Notes: generated from the sequence alone by a model not told the origin. A stretch of 64,000 nt of DNA from Acidobacteriota bacterium (GCA_019247495.1 JAFAOU010000104.1:14350-78349); one strand, 5' to 3'. Counted from the first letter of the stretch, positions 10,212-21,257 are shown. Made by a program: numbers and translations.

Positions 10212-10900
10212 TTAAGATCAATCTGGTGCGGGAGGGGCGGGCGGTTCGGGGAACCGGAGTGGTCGCAGGTCCGGCCGTGGCCGCGGGACCGAGCAGCGCC
10301 AACAACGGCCTCATGATCGGCGGAGTGATCCTCGGCATCCTGATCGCGGGCGGCTGGTGGTACACGCAGAAACGGACGCTGGCCCAGCGGCAGGAGTCGA
10401 TAGCCCAGAAGCAGGTCGAAGCGACGCGCCTGGAAAAAATCATCAAGGATGTCGCCGACTTCCAGAAGCAGAAAGACAGTCTGCAGAAGCGAATCGATCT
10501 GATCAATCAACTCAAGCAGAATCAGCGCGGTCCGGTTCTGTTGATGGACCGCGTGAGCCAGGACCTGCCGGACCTGGTATGGCTCGACAAGATGGTCGTC
10601 GGCGGCGAAGTCGTGACCATCGACGGCCGCGGTTTGAATCCCAACGCGATCGCGAATTTCGTCGAGAACGTGAAGAATGATCCGCTGTTCGAAGAGCCGG
10701 ACCTGGGCCATGTGACCCAGGTATCGGCAGCGCCGCTCGTCTACAGCTACACGATGAAGTTCCACTTCACCTATGTGCCAAAAGGTGAGGCCGGAACCGC
10801 CGGCGCGGCCACGGGAACATCGACGACCGGGACCTCGGCCACGGCGATTTCGGGTACGGCAACAGGGACGGCCACTGCGCCGTCCGCGGTGAAGCGGTAG
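10208..10900 (+). CDS. pilN: type IV pilus assembly protein PilN
   Basis: Start overlaps the pilM stop; single TM (LMIGGVILGILIAGGWWY) plus coiled-coil; correct position in the operon. Confidence 0.8.
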   Translation: MIKINLVREGRAVRGTGVVAGPAVAAGPSSANNGLMIGGVILGILIAGGWWYTQKRTLAQRQESIAQKQVEATRLEKIIKDVADFQKQKDSLQKRIDLINQLKQNQRGPVLLMDRVSQDLPDLVWLDKMVVGGEVVTIDGRGLNPNAIANFVENVKNDPLFEEPDLGHVTQVSAAPLVYSYTMKFHFTYVPKGEAGTAGAATGTSTTGTSATAISGTATGTATAPSAVKR

Positions 10901-10905
10901 GAGGG

Positions 10906-11517
10906 GTGATGGCGGGGCTTTCTCTAGACGGCAAACCTTGGTACTTCGGCCTGATCATCGGGCTGGTGCTGGCCGCTGCCATCATCTGGGGGGCGAACTA
11001 CGCCGTCATCGGCGACCTCACCAGGCAGATCGAGGGTGCTGACAATCAACTCCGCGATCTCGATACGAAGATCGAGCAGGGCCGTTCCGCCGAGCGCAAG
11101 CTGCCTCAGTTCCGCGAGGAAGTGAAACGCCTCAATGCCGAGCTGACGAAGCTGCGCAGCATCCTGCCGTCGACGCGCAATACCGAGGAAATCATCAAGC
11201 GGATCAAGACACTGGTCGACGCCGGCAACTTCACCCTGCGCAAGCTCACCTTCCCGCCGCTGGCTCCGGCGCAAGGGAGCGATCCGTACGCCGAGTGGCC
11301 GATCTCGATTTCGGTCGACGGCCGCTATCACAATCTGGCCACACTCTTCGATCACCTGAGCAAGTTCAAGCGCATCGTCAACGTCGAGCAGATTTCGATC
11401 GCCGCGCTGCCCGTGCAAGCGGAGCGCACCATCGCGGCCGACTTCACCGCAAAAACCTTCGTCTATGTCGAGCCGAAGGAGCCGGAGCCGGTACCGGTGA
11501 AAGGCGCCAAACAATGA
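10906..11517 (+). CDS. pilO: type IV pilus assembly protein PilO
   Basis: N-terminal TM, coiled coil and PilO-like C-domain; position between pilN and pilP. Confidence 0.8.
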   Translation: MMAGLSLDGKPWYFGLIIGLVLAAAIIWGANYAVIGDLTRQIEGADNQLRDLDTKIEQGRSAERKLPQFREEVKRLNAELTKLRSILPSTRNTEEIIKRIKTLVDAGNFTLRKLTFPPLAPAQGSDPYAEWPISISVDGRYHNLATLFDHLSKFKRIVNVEQISIAALPVQAERTIAADFTAKTFVYVEPKEPEPVPVKGAKQ

Positions 11518-12053
11518 GAGTGAGCCGATTCGCGCTGTCGCTTCTGATCGTCATCGCGGCGATGGCTACGCTCTTCGCGCAGTCCACTCCCGCTACGAAA
11601 CCTGCCACGGCGACATCGACGGCAGCCACGACCTCGACACAGAGCGCAGAGCCGACCATGCAGCAAAGTCTGCAGGAAATCCTCGAAGAGCCGAGCTCCG
11701 CCGACGCGTACCACTACGATCCGAAGGGCCGCCGCGATCCGTTCCAGTCGTTGATCGGGCCGGCGCCGGCGCTACAGCCGGGCCAGCGGCCGGCAGGACC
11801 TCCCGGTTTCCTCATCGACGAAATCAAACTTCAGGGCGTCGTGAAAACGCGCCAGCAGGGACTTGTGGCCATGGTCAACGGTCCCGACAACAAAGGGTAT
11901 CTGGTGAAAGTCGGGGACAAGGTCCTCGACGGCGAAGTGATTCGTATTACTCCGGCTTCGATCGTCTTCCGGCAGGAGGTCAATGACCCCACCCGGATCG
12001 AACGATTCCGCGAGGTGGTCAAGGAACTCTCTTCCGAAGCTCCGAGGAAGTAG
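11517..12053 (+). CDS. pilP: type IV pilus assembly lipoprotein PilP
   Basis: ATGA overlap with pilO; signal peptide MRVSRFALSLLIVIAAMATLFA and PilP-like C-terminal beta domain. Confidence 0.75.
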   Translation, partial: RVSRFALSLLIVIAAMATLFAQSTPATKPATATSTAATTSTQSAEPTMQQSLQEILEEPSSADAYHYDPKGRRDPFQSLIGPAPALQPGQRPAGPPGFLIDEIKLQGVVKTRQQGLVAMVNGPDNKGYLVKVGDKVLDGEVIRITPASIVFRQEVNDPTRIERFREVVKELSSEAPRK

Positions 12054-12096
12054 GGCCGCGAGCGGCTGTCAAGCCATGTGTGTGGAGGGCTGTGAG

Positions 12097-14766
12097 ATGG
12101 TGAACGTAAGACGTAAGACAAGAGCCAAGCTGATCCTGCTGCTCACAGGCATGCTGGTGGCGGGCGTCACCAGCGCGCAGGGTGCGTTCTGGAAGCGTGG
12201 CGCCGCGGCGAAAGCGCCGGCACCGGCTCCATCCGCATCCACCGTCTCGGCCGGAATGTCGCTCACGGCAATCGACGTCGAGACTTCCCCGTCGCCGCGC
12301 ATCATCCTGCGCACCACGGCCAGCCCGGTCTACACCTCCTACAGCCCGATGCCCGATCTGTTCGTGATCGATCTGACCGGCGCCTCGAAGGACGCGGCGC
12401 TTGCGATTCCATCCACCGTCCCGCCGTCGGTCGGTTCGGTTTCCGTCGATGAAGTCACCGAGATGGGCTCGCGCCTCACGCGCGTCAGCGTGCATCTGAA
12501 TCAGGCGGGAACGATCGACGCGTCCGCCGAGGGAAACAGCATCGTCATCAACCTTCCGGCGGTGACCGCGCCGGCAGTCGCTGAAGTCGTTCCGCCGGCT
12601 CCGAAATCTGCGGACCCAGCGCCAGTCGTTACCGCACCGGTTGAACTTCTGCACGCCGATCCAGTTCCCGTTCACGTCGAACCGGAGCCGGTGAAAAACG
12701 AACCTGCCGCGCCGGTGGCGGAAGCGCCGGTCGTCACGGAGTCTCTGCCGGCCAACAAAGCAACAACGCTGAAGAAGATCGAAACCAACGGCGCCGGCTC
12801 GGCCATCGAAGTTCGTCTTGCCACTGACGGCGACGTCGCCTACAACGCCTTCAAGCTCGAGAAGCCTTCGCGGATCGTCATCGACCTCACCGGAGTCAAT
12901 GACAAGCTGGCGAAGAACATCATCAACGTCTCCGATCCTGTGGTGAAACGGATTCGCGTCTCGCAGTTCAAGAGCGCTCCCGAGGCCGTTACGCGCGTCG
13001 TGCTCGACGTCGACGAAAAGGCCAGCTATCACGTCACGAAGTCAGGCGACGCGCTGAACATTTCGTTCGGTGCCTCTCCGGCCGTCATCGCGGCGCCTGT
13101 GACTATGCCGGCGCCCGCGCCGAAGAAAGAAGAGCCGCTCGTCGCGGCCGCGCCGGTCATCAAGACGCCCGCGCCGAAAAAAGATGAGCCGCTCGTCGCG
13201 GTTGCGCCGGTCATCAAGACTCCTGCGCCGCCGGTGAAGACGGCCGCCGCGACCGACATTCCGTCGCAGGTTCCGACGATCGCCGACAACGCGATGTGGA
13301 AGATGCCGGAGCAGCGAAAGCCGGCCACGTCAGTCATCAACGCGCCGCAGACACAGACGCCGCCCGCATCGAAGAAACGGCGCGGCACGGCCAAGGCCGC
13401 GGCAGTGACTCAGGCTGATCCTCCGGCAGTAGATCCGGTGCCCGCGGGTGAGAACGTCTTCACCGATCCGGCGCCGCAGCCGCAACCGTCCACCAGTTCG
13501 ACCGGTACGATGCTGTCCGCCGCTGCCGGCGGACGCACGCTCAGCGCGGGCGAGAAGGTTTACACCGGCGAGCCGCTCTCTCTCAATCTCAAAGACGCCG
13601 ACATCAAAGACGTCCTGCGCACATTCGCGCAACTCACAGGACTGAACATCGCCATCGACCCGACCGTCACCGGCTCGGTGACCGTCGATTTCGTCGACGT
13701 GCCGTGGGATCAGGCGCTGGAAGTCATCCTCCGCCAGAACTCGCTCGCCTATGTGCTCGAAGGCAATGTCATGCGCGTCGGCACCGCAGCGCGTTTGTCG
13801 GAAGAGGCGGAATCGAACCGCCGGCTCAGCGAGCAGGAGAGGCTGAATGTCGCTCTGAGTACGGTCGGGTTCAAGCTCTCATATGCGCGCGCCAACGACG
13901 TCGCGAGCCTGTTGCGTGAGATGGCTTCGCCGCGCGCTCGCATCATCGTCGACCAGCGTACCAATCAGCTCATCATCAGCGAGATCCCCGGCTACCTCGG
14001 GACGATGCGCAATCTCATCGACTCGGTCGATGTACCGACGCGCCAAGTGGTCATCGAAGCGCGCATCGTCGAAACGACGAAGCTCTTCATCCAGCAATAC
14101 GGCTTCAACTGGGGCTTCCACGGATCGATGGATCCGTCGCTCGGCACGGGCACGGGGCTCGTGTTCCCGAACCGCATCGACACGGTCGGCGGTCCCTTCA
14201 CGTTCGGCCTGGGCAATCCCGTCCTTTCGTTCTCGCTGCAGAACGTCCTCGGCACGTTTACGCTCGATTTGGCGCTGCTCGCCGCGGAGACGGAAGGTAT
14301 CGCGCGCGTCATCTCCGCGCCGCGCGTGATGACGCAGGACAACACGCCTGCCGAGATTCAGAGCGGCTTCCAGATCCCGTATCAGACGCGCGTCAACTTC
14401 ACGACGACGGTCGCGTACGTCGACGCCACGCTGCGTCTGTCGGTAACGCCGCAGATCACCGAGTCCGGCACCGTGATCATGGACATCCAGGTGCAGAAGA
14501 ACGAGCCGGCAACCGGTCTCAATATCGAAGGCGGCTCCGGTACGCCGCTGTCGACGCGCCGCGCGCAGACTCGCCTCATGGTCCGCGACGGTGGCACGTC
14601 CGTCATCGCCGGCATTTATCAGGTCAAGGAAAACAACAGCCAGAGCCGGCTGCCGTTCGTCCATCAGATTCCAATCCTCGGAACGTTGTTCCGCCGCCGG
14701 GACTACAACTCCGAGCACGACGAGCTGTTGATCTTCATCACACCGCGAATCGTGAGGGCGTCGTAA
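12097..14766 (+). CDS. pilQ: type IV pilus secretin PilQ
   Basis: Signal peptide, AMIN-like N-terminal domains, Pro/Ala-rich linkers, and a C-terminal secretin domain (VIEARIVETT...GGTSVIAGIYQ...LPFVHQIPILGTLF...ELLIFITPRIV). GGAGGG RBS before ATG 12097. Confidence 0.9.
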   Translation: MVNVRRKTRAKLILLLTGMLVAGVTSAQGAFWKRGAAAKAPAPAPSASTVSAGMSLTAIDVETSPSPRIILRTTASPVYTSYSPMPDLFVIDLTGASKDAALAIPSTVPPSVGSVSVDEVTEMGSRLTRVSVHLNQAGTIDASAEGNSIVINLPAVTAPAVAEVVPPAPKSADPAPVVTAPVELLHADPVPVHVEPEPVKNEPAAPVAEAPVVTESLPANKATTLKKIETNGAGSAIEVRLATDGDVAYNAFKLEKPSRIVIDLTGVNDKLAKNIINVSDPVVKRIRVSQFKSAPEAVTRVVLDVDEKASYHVTKSGDALNISFGASPAVIAAPVTMPAPAPKKEEPLVAAAPVIKTPAPKKDEPLVAVAPVIKTPAPPVKTAAATDIPSQVPTIADNAMWKMPEQRKPATSVINAPQTQTPPASKKRRGTAKAAAVTQADPPAVDPVPAGENVFTDPAPQPQPSTSSTGTMLSAAAGGRTLSAGEKVYTGEPLSLNLKDADIKDVLRTFAQLTGLNIAIDPTVTGSVTVDFVDVPWDQALEVILRQNSLAYVLEGNVMRVGTAARLSEEAESNRRLSEQERLNVALSTVGFKLSYARANDVASLLREMASPRARIIVDQRTNQLIISEIPGYLGTMRNLIDSVDVPTRQVVIEARIVETTKLFIQQYGFNWGFHGSMDPSLGTGTGLVFPNRIDTVGGPFTFGLGNPVLSFSLQNVLGTFTLDLALLAAETEGIARVISAPRVMTQDNTPAEIQSGFQIPYQTRVNFTTTVAYVDATLRLSVTPQITESGTVIMDIQVQKNEPATGLNIEGGSGTPLSTRRAQTRLMVRDGGTSVIAGIYQVKENNSQSRLPFVHQIPILGTLFRRRDYNSEHDELLIFITPRIVRAS

Positions 14767-14831
14767 GAAGCACGTAGTCATCGAGTGAAACCGTTTTGCA
14801 GCGAATGATCCGGGAGAGTTGGAGGGGTGGT

Positions 14832-15419
14832 ATGAGGATGAATCACATCGCAATGATTGCCGCGATTGCGCTGCCGAGCGTGGCGATCCTGTCGTGCAAT
14901 TCGATCGCGCGCGAGAGCGCTCCGGTAGCACTGGTCGTTTCCGGGACACAAAACCTGAATCAGGTCGATCTGCAGGCCGGCGCGGCCGGTTGTGCCACGT
15001 CGCTGGGAACCGTTCTGATCAGCGTGCGCCTTCTGCAGAACCAGAACGATCCGACGCATCCGGTGAACAACAATTTCAATGACGTCAAACTGGATCGCTA
15101 CCAGGTAACGTATCTGCGCACCGACGGTGGCAAGCTCGTTCCACCGACGTTTGTCCGCTCAACGGCGCAAGTGATCGGCGCGACCAGTGCGCCGCAGAGT
15201 CTCAGCGATTTCCTCGCCTTCGAGACGAACGCCTTCAACCTGGCGCCGTTTGCAGCGCTGTTGCCGCAGAACGGCGGGCGTGATCCGGAGACGGGACTCA
15301 GTTTCGTAAAGATGGACATCATTCTTACCGTGTTCGGCGAGACGCTGGCCGGGGAGCGTGTGCAGGGTTCGGCCAGATTTCCGGTGAACTTCTGCTTTAA
15401 CTGCGGCGGCTGTTTCTAG
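14832..15419 (+). CDS. lipoprotein, hypothetical
   Basis: GGAGG RBS; signal peptide with lipobox (ALPSVAILSC); C-terminal CFNCGGCF. Confidence 0.55.
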   Translation: MRMNHIAMIAAIALPSVAILSCNSIARESAPVALVVSGTQNLNQVDLQAGAAGCATSLGTVLISVRLLQNQNDPTHPVNNNFNDVKLDRYQVTYLRTDGGKLVPPTFVRSTAQVIGATSAPQSLSDFLAFETNAFNLAPFAALLPQNGGRDPETGLSFVKMDIILTVFGETLAGERVQGSARFPVNFCFNCGGCF

Positions 15420-15485
15420 CCTCCGCGCCGGCCGCTCGCGGCCGGGTCCGTGTGGCCGTGTGACGAGGAGTTGACGGGGGTAGAC

Positions 15486-17522
15486 ATGAAGCAAACGACA
15501 CAGCGATTCACCCTTCTGGCGCTCATGGCGCTACTGGCGCTTTTCGCGGGATGCAAAGGCGAGTCGCCGACCGCTCCGCCTCCCCTCACCGGCACGAGCG
15601 GCAACGGCAACGGCTCGGGCAGTACGGGCGGACAGCCGCCGGTGGGCGCGAACATCGCTCTCACCGTCTCGACGGCATCGCCGTTTACCGGCTCCACGTC
15701 CACGATTACGGCGACAGTGACGCAGAACAATGCGCCCGTCCCGAACGGAACCGCGGTCGAGTTCGCGACGACGGCACTGAATGCGAACTTCACCGACACG
15801 ACCGATAACCCCACCACGTTGATCCGCACGACGACGAACGGTGTGGCCAAAGCGACGGTGACCTCGGGGACAGCCGGCCCGGTCGTCGTTACCGTCACCG
15901 TCAACAACGTGACGAAGAGCGTGACGCTCAACTTCCAGGATCCGATCATTCAGCCGCCGCCGACGTCGACGTCGCCGACGATCTCGTCCATCTCTCCGAC
16001 CTCCGGTCTTCCCACGGGCAACCAGACGGTAACGATCACCGGGACGAACTTCCGCACGCCGCTGCGCGTGCTCTTCGATCCGGGCAACGGTCAGGCGCCG
16101 AAAGAAGGCTTTGTCACCAGCTCGACGCTAACGCAGCTCACCGTCAACACGCCTGCATTCGACCTCGGCGTGGCGCAGCAGATCGTCGCCAGCATCACCG
16201 TGATCGTCGAGGCGGGAACGCCGACCGAGCAGCGTGTTACGAAGAGTGCCGCCTTCACGATCACCGCTCCCGTCCTGACGCCGGTCGTCCGCTCCCTGGC
16301 ACCGACCAGCGGTCCGATCGATGGCGGTACGCGCGTCACGATCACCGGCGACGCATTCGAATCGCCGGCCCAGGTCTTCTTCGGCTCCGCGCAGGCGCAG
16401 GTGCTGAACGTCCAGTTCCACACCATCGACGTGATCACGCCGGCCGCGCGCGACACCAATCCGAACGGCTCCGGCGCCGTCACCGGCCCGGTCAGCGTGC
16501 GGGTTCTCAACGTCAACTCCGGCAAGTCCGTCACCGCCGACGCAGCCTTCCGCTACGTGAACAAGGCCCAGATCACGGCGGTCACGCCGGATCAAGGCCC
16601 CTTCACCGGCGGCACCCGCGTGCTGATCGACGGCACTGGTTTCAACGAGCCGGTCACCGTCTATCTCGATGGCATCGCGGCGTCGGTCATCAAAGTCACG
16701 CCGACCGAAATCACCGCAATCTCCAACGGCATCGCAGTAACCGGATGTGGCGATGCTACCGGTCCCATCATCGTGACCAACGTCGACAACGGCGATAGCG
16801 CCACCGCTCCGACGCCGTGGATCTACCGTGTCTTGAAGCCGGTCATCGTTTCCGTAAGCGGCGCGAACCCCGCACCGGGAACTACCGTGAGCGTCGTCGT
16901 TGCAAACGCAGTCGGTATCCCGCGCATCACGATCGGCGGCATCGGTGCCGCGATCGTCAGCCAGACAGATAACGGCAACGGTACTACCACGTTCGGCGTG
17001 CAGGTACCGGCCACTCTCAAGTTCGAGCAACTGAGCTGTCCTGCAGGTGGCACAGCGGCACAGTCGACCGCGTTTGACGTGACGTACACCAGCCTCACGA
17101 CCACGTGTACCGATACGCTCGTGAAGGGTCTCACCATCGTGCCTCCGGTCGGTCCGGTCTTCACGCTGATCGGCGCGGTCATTCCGTTCCAGGGCACGAT
17201 CACTCCCGGCTCTGGTGGCGGACCGACGACAGTTACCGTCGACCCCGCGAGTGAGACCGTAACCGTCGTCAACACGGGCAACGGCGGGCCGCTCACGATC
17301 ACCGGGATCAGCCAGGCAGGCGGCGGCGGAACCGGTTGCGCGCGATTCTCGGTGTTGTCGTCGCAGCTCCCGCCGACGTCGTTGAATCAATGCGAGTCGC
17401 TGCCCCTCACCATCAAGTATAGCGCCCCGATTGTCCCGACCGCCACTCCGGACGTCTGCACGATTACGATTAATACGAACGCCGGCAGCAAGAGCTTCAC
17501 GCTGAACGGCTCGGCCCAATAG
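15486..17522 (+). CDS. lipoprotein with multiple IPT/TIG (Ig-like) domains
   Basis: Lipobox LALFAGC, then repeated 'SISPTSGPxxGGTxVTITGTNF' IPT-type units separated by Thr/Gly-rich segments. Confidence 0.6.
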   Translation: MKQTTQRFTLLALMALLALFAGCKGESPTAPPPLTGTSGNGNGSGSTGGQPPVGANIALTVSTASPFTGSTSTITATVTQNNAPVPNGTAVEFATTALNANFTDTTDNPTTLIRTTTNGVAKATVTSGTAGPVVVTVTVNNVTKSVTLNFQDPIIQPPPTSTSPTISSISPTSGLPTGNQTVTITGTNFRTPLRVLFDPGNGQAPKEGFVTSSTLTQLTVNTPAFDLGVAQQIVASITVIVEAGTPTEQRVTKSAAFTITAPVLTPVVRSLAPTSGPIDGGTRVTITGDAFESPAQVFFGSAQAQVLNVQFHTIDVITPAARDTNPNGSGAVTGPVSVRVLNVNSGKSVTADAAFRYVNKAQITAVTPDQGPFTGGTRVLIDGTGFNEPVTVYLDGIAASVIKVTPTEITAISNGIAVTGCGDATGPIIVTNVDNGDSATAPTPWIYRVLKPVIVSVSGANPAPGTTVSVVVANAVGIPRITIGGIGAAIVSQTDNGNGTTTFGVQVPATLKFEQLSCPAGGTAAQSTAFDVTYTSLTTTCTDTLVKGLTIVPPVGPVFTLIGAVIPFQGTITPGSGGGPTTVTVDPASETVTVVNTGNGGPLTITGISQAGGGGTGCARFSVLSSQLPPTSLNQCESLPLTIKYSAPIVPTATPDVCTITINTNAGSKSFTLNGSAQ

Positions 17523-17548
17523 GTAACTTCAACTGTTAGAAACGAGAG

Positions 17549-17578
17549 CCGCCCCCTTCACCGGGGGCGGTCTTTTCT
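17549..17578 (+). terminator. rho-independent terminator after the IPT lipoprotein gene
   Basis: GCCGCCCCC-ttcacc-GGGGGCGG stem followed by TCTTTTCT. Confidence 0.6.
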
Positions 17579-17632
17579 GCGGCCGAGGTTGCGCCGCCTC
17601 CAGTTGTTGAGCAGAATTCGAACTTCCAGCAC

Positions 17633-18838
17633 ATGGCGCAACCCGGCATAACCGCCAAAATCGAGGAGCTGCAATTCCGGATCAAGACTGATCCGAAGAG
17701 CAGACTGTTCTTCCCGCTCGCCGAGGAGTTGCGCAAAAACGGCAAGCTGCCGGAAGCGGAACAGGTCCTCCGCACCGGCCTCGGCGTCCATGCTACCTAC
17801 CTCTCCGCGTGGGTGAGCCTCGGCCGCGTTCTTCGCGAGCAGCATAAGAATGCCGAAGCGGTCGATGCGCTGAAGACGGCGCTGCAAGTCGATCCCGGCA
17901 ATGTCGTCGCCGCCCGTTTGCTCGCCGACGCCTATCTCGATCTCGGCGAAAAAGTCGAAGCGATCAAGAAGTACAAACTCGTCCACGCCCTCATGCCCTC
18001 GGACGAGGAGCTCGAAGCAAAAATCGATCAGCTCGACCGCGATCTCACTCCGGCGCCGGAGCCGGTAGGCACGGGAGCCGGCAATCGGGAATCGGGAGTC
18101 GAAGAGCCCGAAGCTGAATCGCCATTCGCCGAGTCGCAGCCTGACGCGCAATCCCAATCCAAGCCGGAAGTCGAGGAAACGTCCCGACACCCGACGCCCG
18201 ACACCCGACACCCGGATCAGCCGGAACCGCCATTCGCTCCCGAACCGCTATCCGAATCGCCGTTCGACGAAACCACGCCGATCATCCACATGATCGAGAA
18301 GCCGTTCGACACTGGCGACGAAATCCCGATGGCCGCGCAGCACGACGACAGTCCATTCGAAGAGCCGTCCGGCTACACCGCCGCCGCGCTCGAGATCGAG
18401 CATCCGGAAGGGATGCACGTTGAAGAAGCGCCGCTCGTCGCCGAGGTGCCGGCGGTGTGGTCTGCCGAGCCGGATGCTGAGCCCGATGCGGATGTCTTCG
18501 CTCCCGCCGAACCGGAAGGCGTCGCAGAGGACGATGACGACCTCACGTCGACGACCACCATGGCCGATCTCTACGTTCGCCAGGGACTCATCGGCGAAGC
18601 GCGCAAGATCTATCAGCACATGCTGGAACGCGATCCGGCGAATGCCGAGCTGCGATCGAAGCTCGATGCTCTCAATGCTTCGCCTGCCGAGGCGCCCGCC
18701 GCAGCAGTCGAAGCAGCCGCGTCGGACGACGAGGCCCGCGAGCCCGGCAATCCCGCCACGCTTCACAACCATGCGAGAGTCGTCATTCTCCAGCAATGGC
18801 TGACGAAGGTCGCGAAGCGGGAGCAGCAGGGTGGATAG
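17633..18838 (+). CDS. TPR-repeat protein with acidic low-complexity C-terminal half
   Basis: N-terminal TPR units (LSAWVSLGRVL..., ARLLADAYLDLGE...), a long Asp/Glu/Pro-rich region, and one C-terminal TPR (LYVRQGLIGEARKIYQHMLERDPAN). Confidence 0.7.
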   Translation: MAQPGITAKIEELQFRIKTDPKSRLFFPLAEELRKNGKLPEAEQVLRTGLGVHATYLSAWVSLGRVLREQHKNAEAVDALKTALQVDPGNVVAARLLADAYLDLGEKVEAIKKYKLVHALMPSDEELEAKIDQLDRDLTPAPEPVGTGAGNRESGVEEPEAESPFAESQPDAQSQSKPEVEETSRHPTPDTRHPDQPEPPFAPEPLSESPFDETTPIIHMIEKPFDTGDEIPMAAQHDDSPFEEPSGYTAAALEIEHPEGMHVEEAPLVAEVPAVWSAEPDAEPDADVFAPAEPEGVAEDDDDLTSTTTMADLYVRQGLIGEARKIYQHMLERDPANAELRSKLDALNASPAEAPAAAVEAAASDDEAREPGNPATLHNHARVVILQQWLTKVAKREQQGG

Positions 18839-19196
18839 CAGCATCTTTCACGAGGTGCTCGCGTCGATTCAGCAGCGGATCGAAGGAACACTGGCCATCA
18901 GTCTCATCGCGCTGGACGGCATCGCCATCGAGACGATTAACTCCGATTCCGTGCCGCTCGACGTCATCGGCGCCGAGTTCGGAGGCTTCATCAAGTCCGT
19001 GCGTTTGTCGAACACCGATCTCAATACGGGAGACGTTTTGCAGTTCGCACTCTTCACCGAGAAGTACATCACCTTGCTCTCGGCGGTCACGCCGGAGTAC
19101 TTTCTCCTGCTCGTGATGCGGCCGGACGGCAATTACGGCCGCGCGCGCCACGAACTTTCCAAAGCAAAATACGCCCTTCGCGACGAGCTGGTCTGA
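18831..19196 (+). CDS. Roadblock/LC7 (MglB-like) domain protein
   Basis: ~120 aa; '[14 protein letters not shown]...' pattern typical of Roadblock/LC7; 8-nt overlap with the upstream TPR gene. Confidence 0.7.
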   Translation: MDSSIFHEVLASIQQRIEGTLAISLIALDGIAIETINSDSVPLDVIGAEFGGFIKSVRLSNTDLNTGDVLQFALFTEKYITLLSAVTPEYFLLLVMRPDGNYGRARHELSKAKYALRDELV

Positions 19197-19206
19197 GGTA
19201 GCCGAT

Positions 19207-19698
<492 letters not shown>

Positions 19699-19706
19699 CG
19701 CGATCT

Positions 19707-21062
19707 ATGCCGACAATCTCGAAAGTCCTCATCGCCAACCGCGGCGAGATCGCGCTGCGCGTCATCCTGGCCTGCAAGGAAATGGGGCTTAAGACCGTCG
19801 CCGTCCATTCCGAGGCCGACCGCGACGCGCTGCATGTCCGCTACGCCGACGACGACGTCTGCATCGGTCCGGCCGCATCGCGCCAGAGTTACCTCAACGT
19901 CTCCTCGATCATCGCCGCGGCCGAAATCACCGGCGCCGACGCCATTCACCCCGGCTACGGCTTCCTCGCCGAGAACGCCCACTTCGCCGAAATCGCCGGC
20001 GAGTGTCGTCTGACGTTCATCGGTCCGACGCCGGAGTCGATTCGGCTCATGGGCAACAAAGCCGTGGCGCGCGACACGGCAAAGAAAGCGGGCGTTCCGA
20101 TCCTGCCCGGCAGCGACGGTCCGGTGCGCACGTTCGAAGAAGCGCGCGAAGTCGCCGAGACCATCGGCTTCCCGGTCATCCTCAAAGCCTCGGCCGGCGG
20201 CGGCGGACGCGGCATGCGCATCTGCGGCGATGAGTCCGGCCTGCAGAGCGCCTTCGACACCGCCCGCAACGAGGCGGAGCGCGCCTTCGGTTCCGCCGAT
20301 GTCTACCTCGAGAAGTACCTCGAGCATCCGCGCCACATCGAGATCCAGGTCTTCGGTGACACCCACGGCCGCATCGTCCACCTCGGCGAACGCGATTGCT
20401 CGATCCAGCGCCGGCACCAGAAGCTGATCGAAGAGTCGCCCTCGCCCGCGCTGACGCCGGAGCTTCGCCAGGCCATGGGCGATGCAGCGATCAAACTCTG
20501 CCAGGCCGTGAACTACGTGAACGCCGGCACGATCGAGTTTCTCTACCAGGACGGCCAGTTTTACTTCATGGAGATGAACACGCGCATCCAGGTCGAGCAC
20601 CCGGTGACCGAGGAAGTAACCGGCATCGATCTCGTCAAAGAACAGATTCGCGTCGCCTCCGGCCTGCCGCTTTCCGTGCCCCAAGGCGACTTCCGTCTGC
20701 GCGGCCACGCCATGGAGTTCCGCATCAACGCCGAGGATCCGGTCACGTTCGCGCCGAATCCCGGAAAGATTCGCGAGTGGCACATCCCCGGCGGCCCCGG
20801 CGTGCGCGTCGACACCGCCGCGTATCGCGACTACGTCATCCCGCCGCACTACGACTCGCTGATCGCGAAGCTGATTCTGCGCGGGAAGGATCGCGCCGAG
20901 GTGCTGGCCCGCGCGCGGCGAGCGCTGGAGCAGTTCATCATCGAAGGCGTCAAGACCTCGATCCCTCTCGACCGCGCCATCGTCAACAACGAACGCTTCA
21001 TCCGCGGCGAATTCTCCACAAGGTTCATGGAGGAGTTCGAGTGGGGAGGCCTGTCATCCTGA
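19707..21062 (+). CDS. accC: acetyl-CoA carboxylase biotin carboxylase subunit
   Basis: Canonical biotin carboxylase sequence ([15 protein letters not shown]..., ATP-grasp motifs, [14 protein letters not shown]). Confidence 0.95.
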   Translation: MPTISKVLIANRGEIALRVILACKEMGLKTVAVHSEADRDALHVRYADDDVCIGPAASRQSYLNVSSIIAAAEITGADAIHPGYGFLAENAHFAEIAGECRLTFIGPTPESIRLMGNKAVARDTAKKAGVPILPGSDGPVRTFEEAREVAETIGFPVILKASAGGGGRGMRICGDESGLQSAFDTARNEAERAFGSADVYLEKYLEHPRHIEIQVFGDTHGRIVHLGERDCSIQRRHQKLIEESPSPALTPELRQAMGDAAIKLCQAVNYVNAGTIEFLYQDGQFYFMEMNTRIQVEHPVTEEVTGIDLVKEQIRVASGLPLSVPQGDFRLRGHAMEFRINAEDPVTFAPNPGKIREWHIPGGPGVRVDTAAYRDYVIPPHYDSLIAKLILRGKDRAEVLARARRALEQFIIEGVKTSIPLDRAIVNNERFIRGEFSTRFMEEFEWGGLSS

Positions 21063-21255
21063 GCCGCCGGAGGCGTCGGAGCGCGAAGCGCGGAACGCCG
21101 GAGGACGGTCGAAGGACCCCCCGACCGGTAGCCCGGAGGGGCGGTGGTGATTTCACAAGCGGCGGCGATTGACGATGCAAGCATCAGGGGGTCCTTCGAC
21201 CGTCCTACGCTGCTCCGGCTTTGCCTACGCAGCTTCGGCGGCTCAGGATGACAGG
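21050..21255. repeat. nested perfect inverted-repeat element filling the accC-aroK intergenic region
   Basis: Outer 20-bp perfect IR CCTGTCATCCTGAGCCGCCG (21050-21069 / 21236-21255). Inner 20-bp perfect IR GGACGGTCGAAGGACCCCCC (21103-21122 / 21187-21206). Confidence 0.7.
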
Positions 21256-21257
21256 CA

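Noticed and set aside
12019-13032. 337-aa minus-strand ORF inside pilQ
   Set aside because: Antisense to a well-supported secretin gene; Arg/Gly/Asp-rich artefact frame.
16128-17519. 463-aa minus-strand ORF antisense to the IPT-domain lipoprotein gene
   Set aside because: Translation is Arg/Asp/Gly low complexity. The sense frame has a lipobox and recognisable Ig-like repeats.
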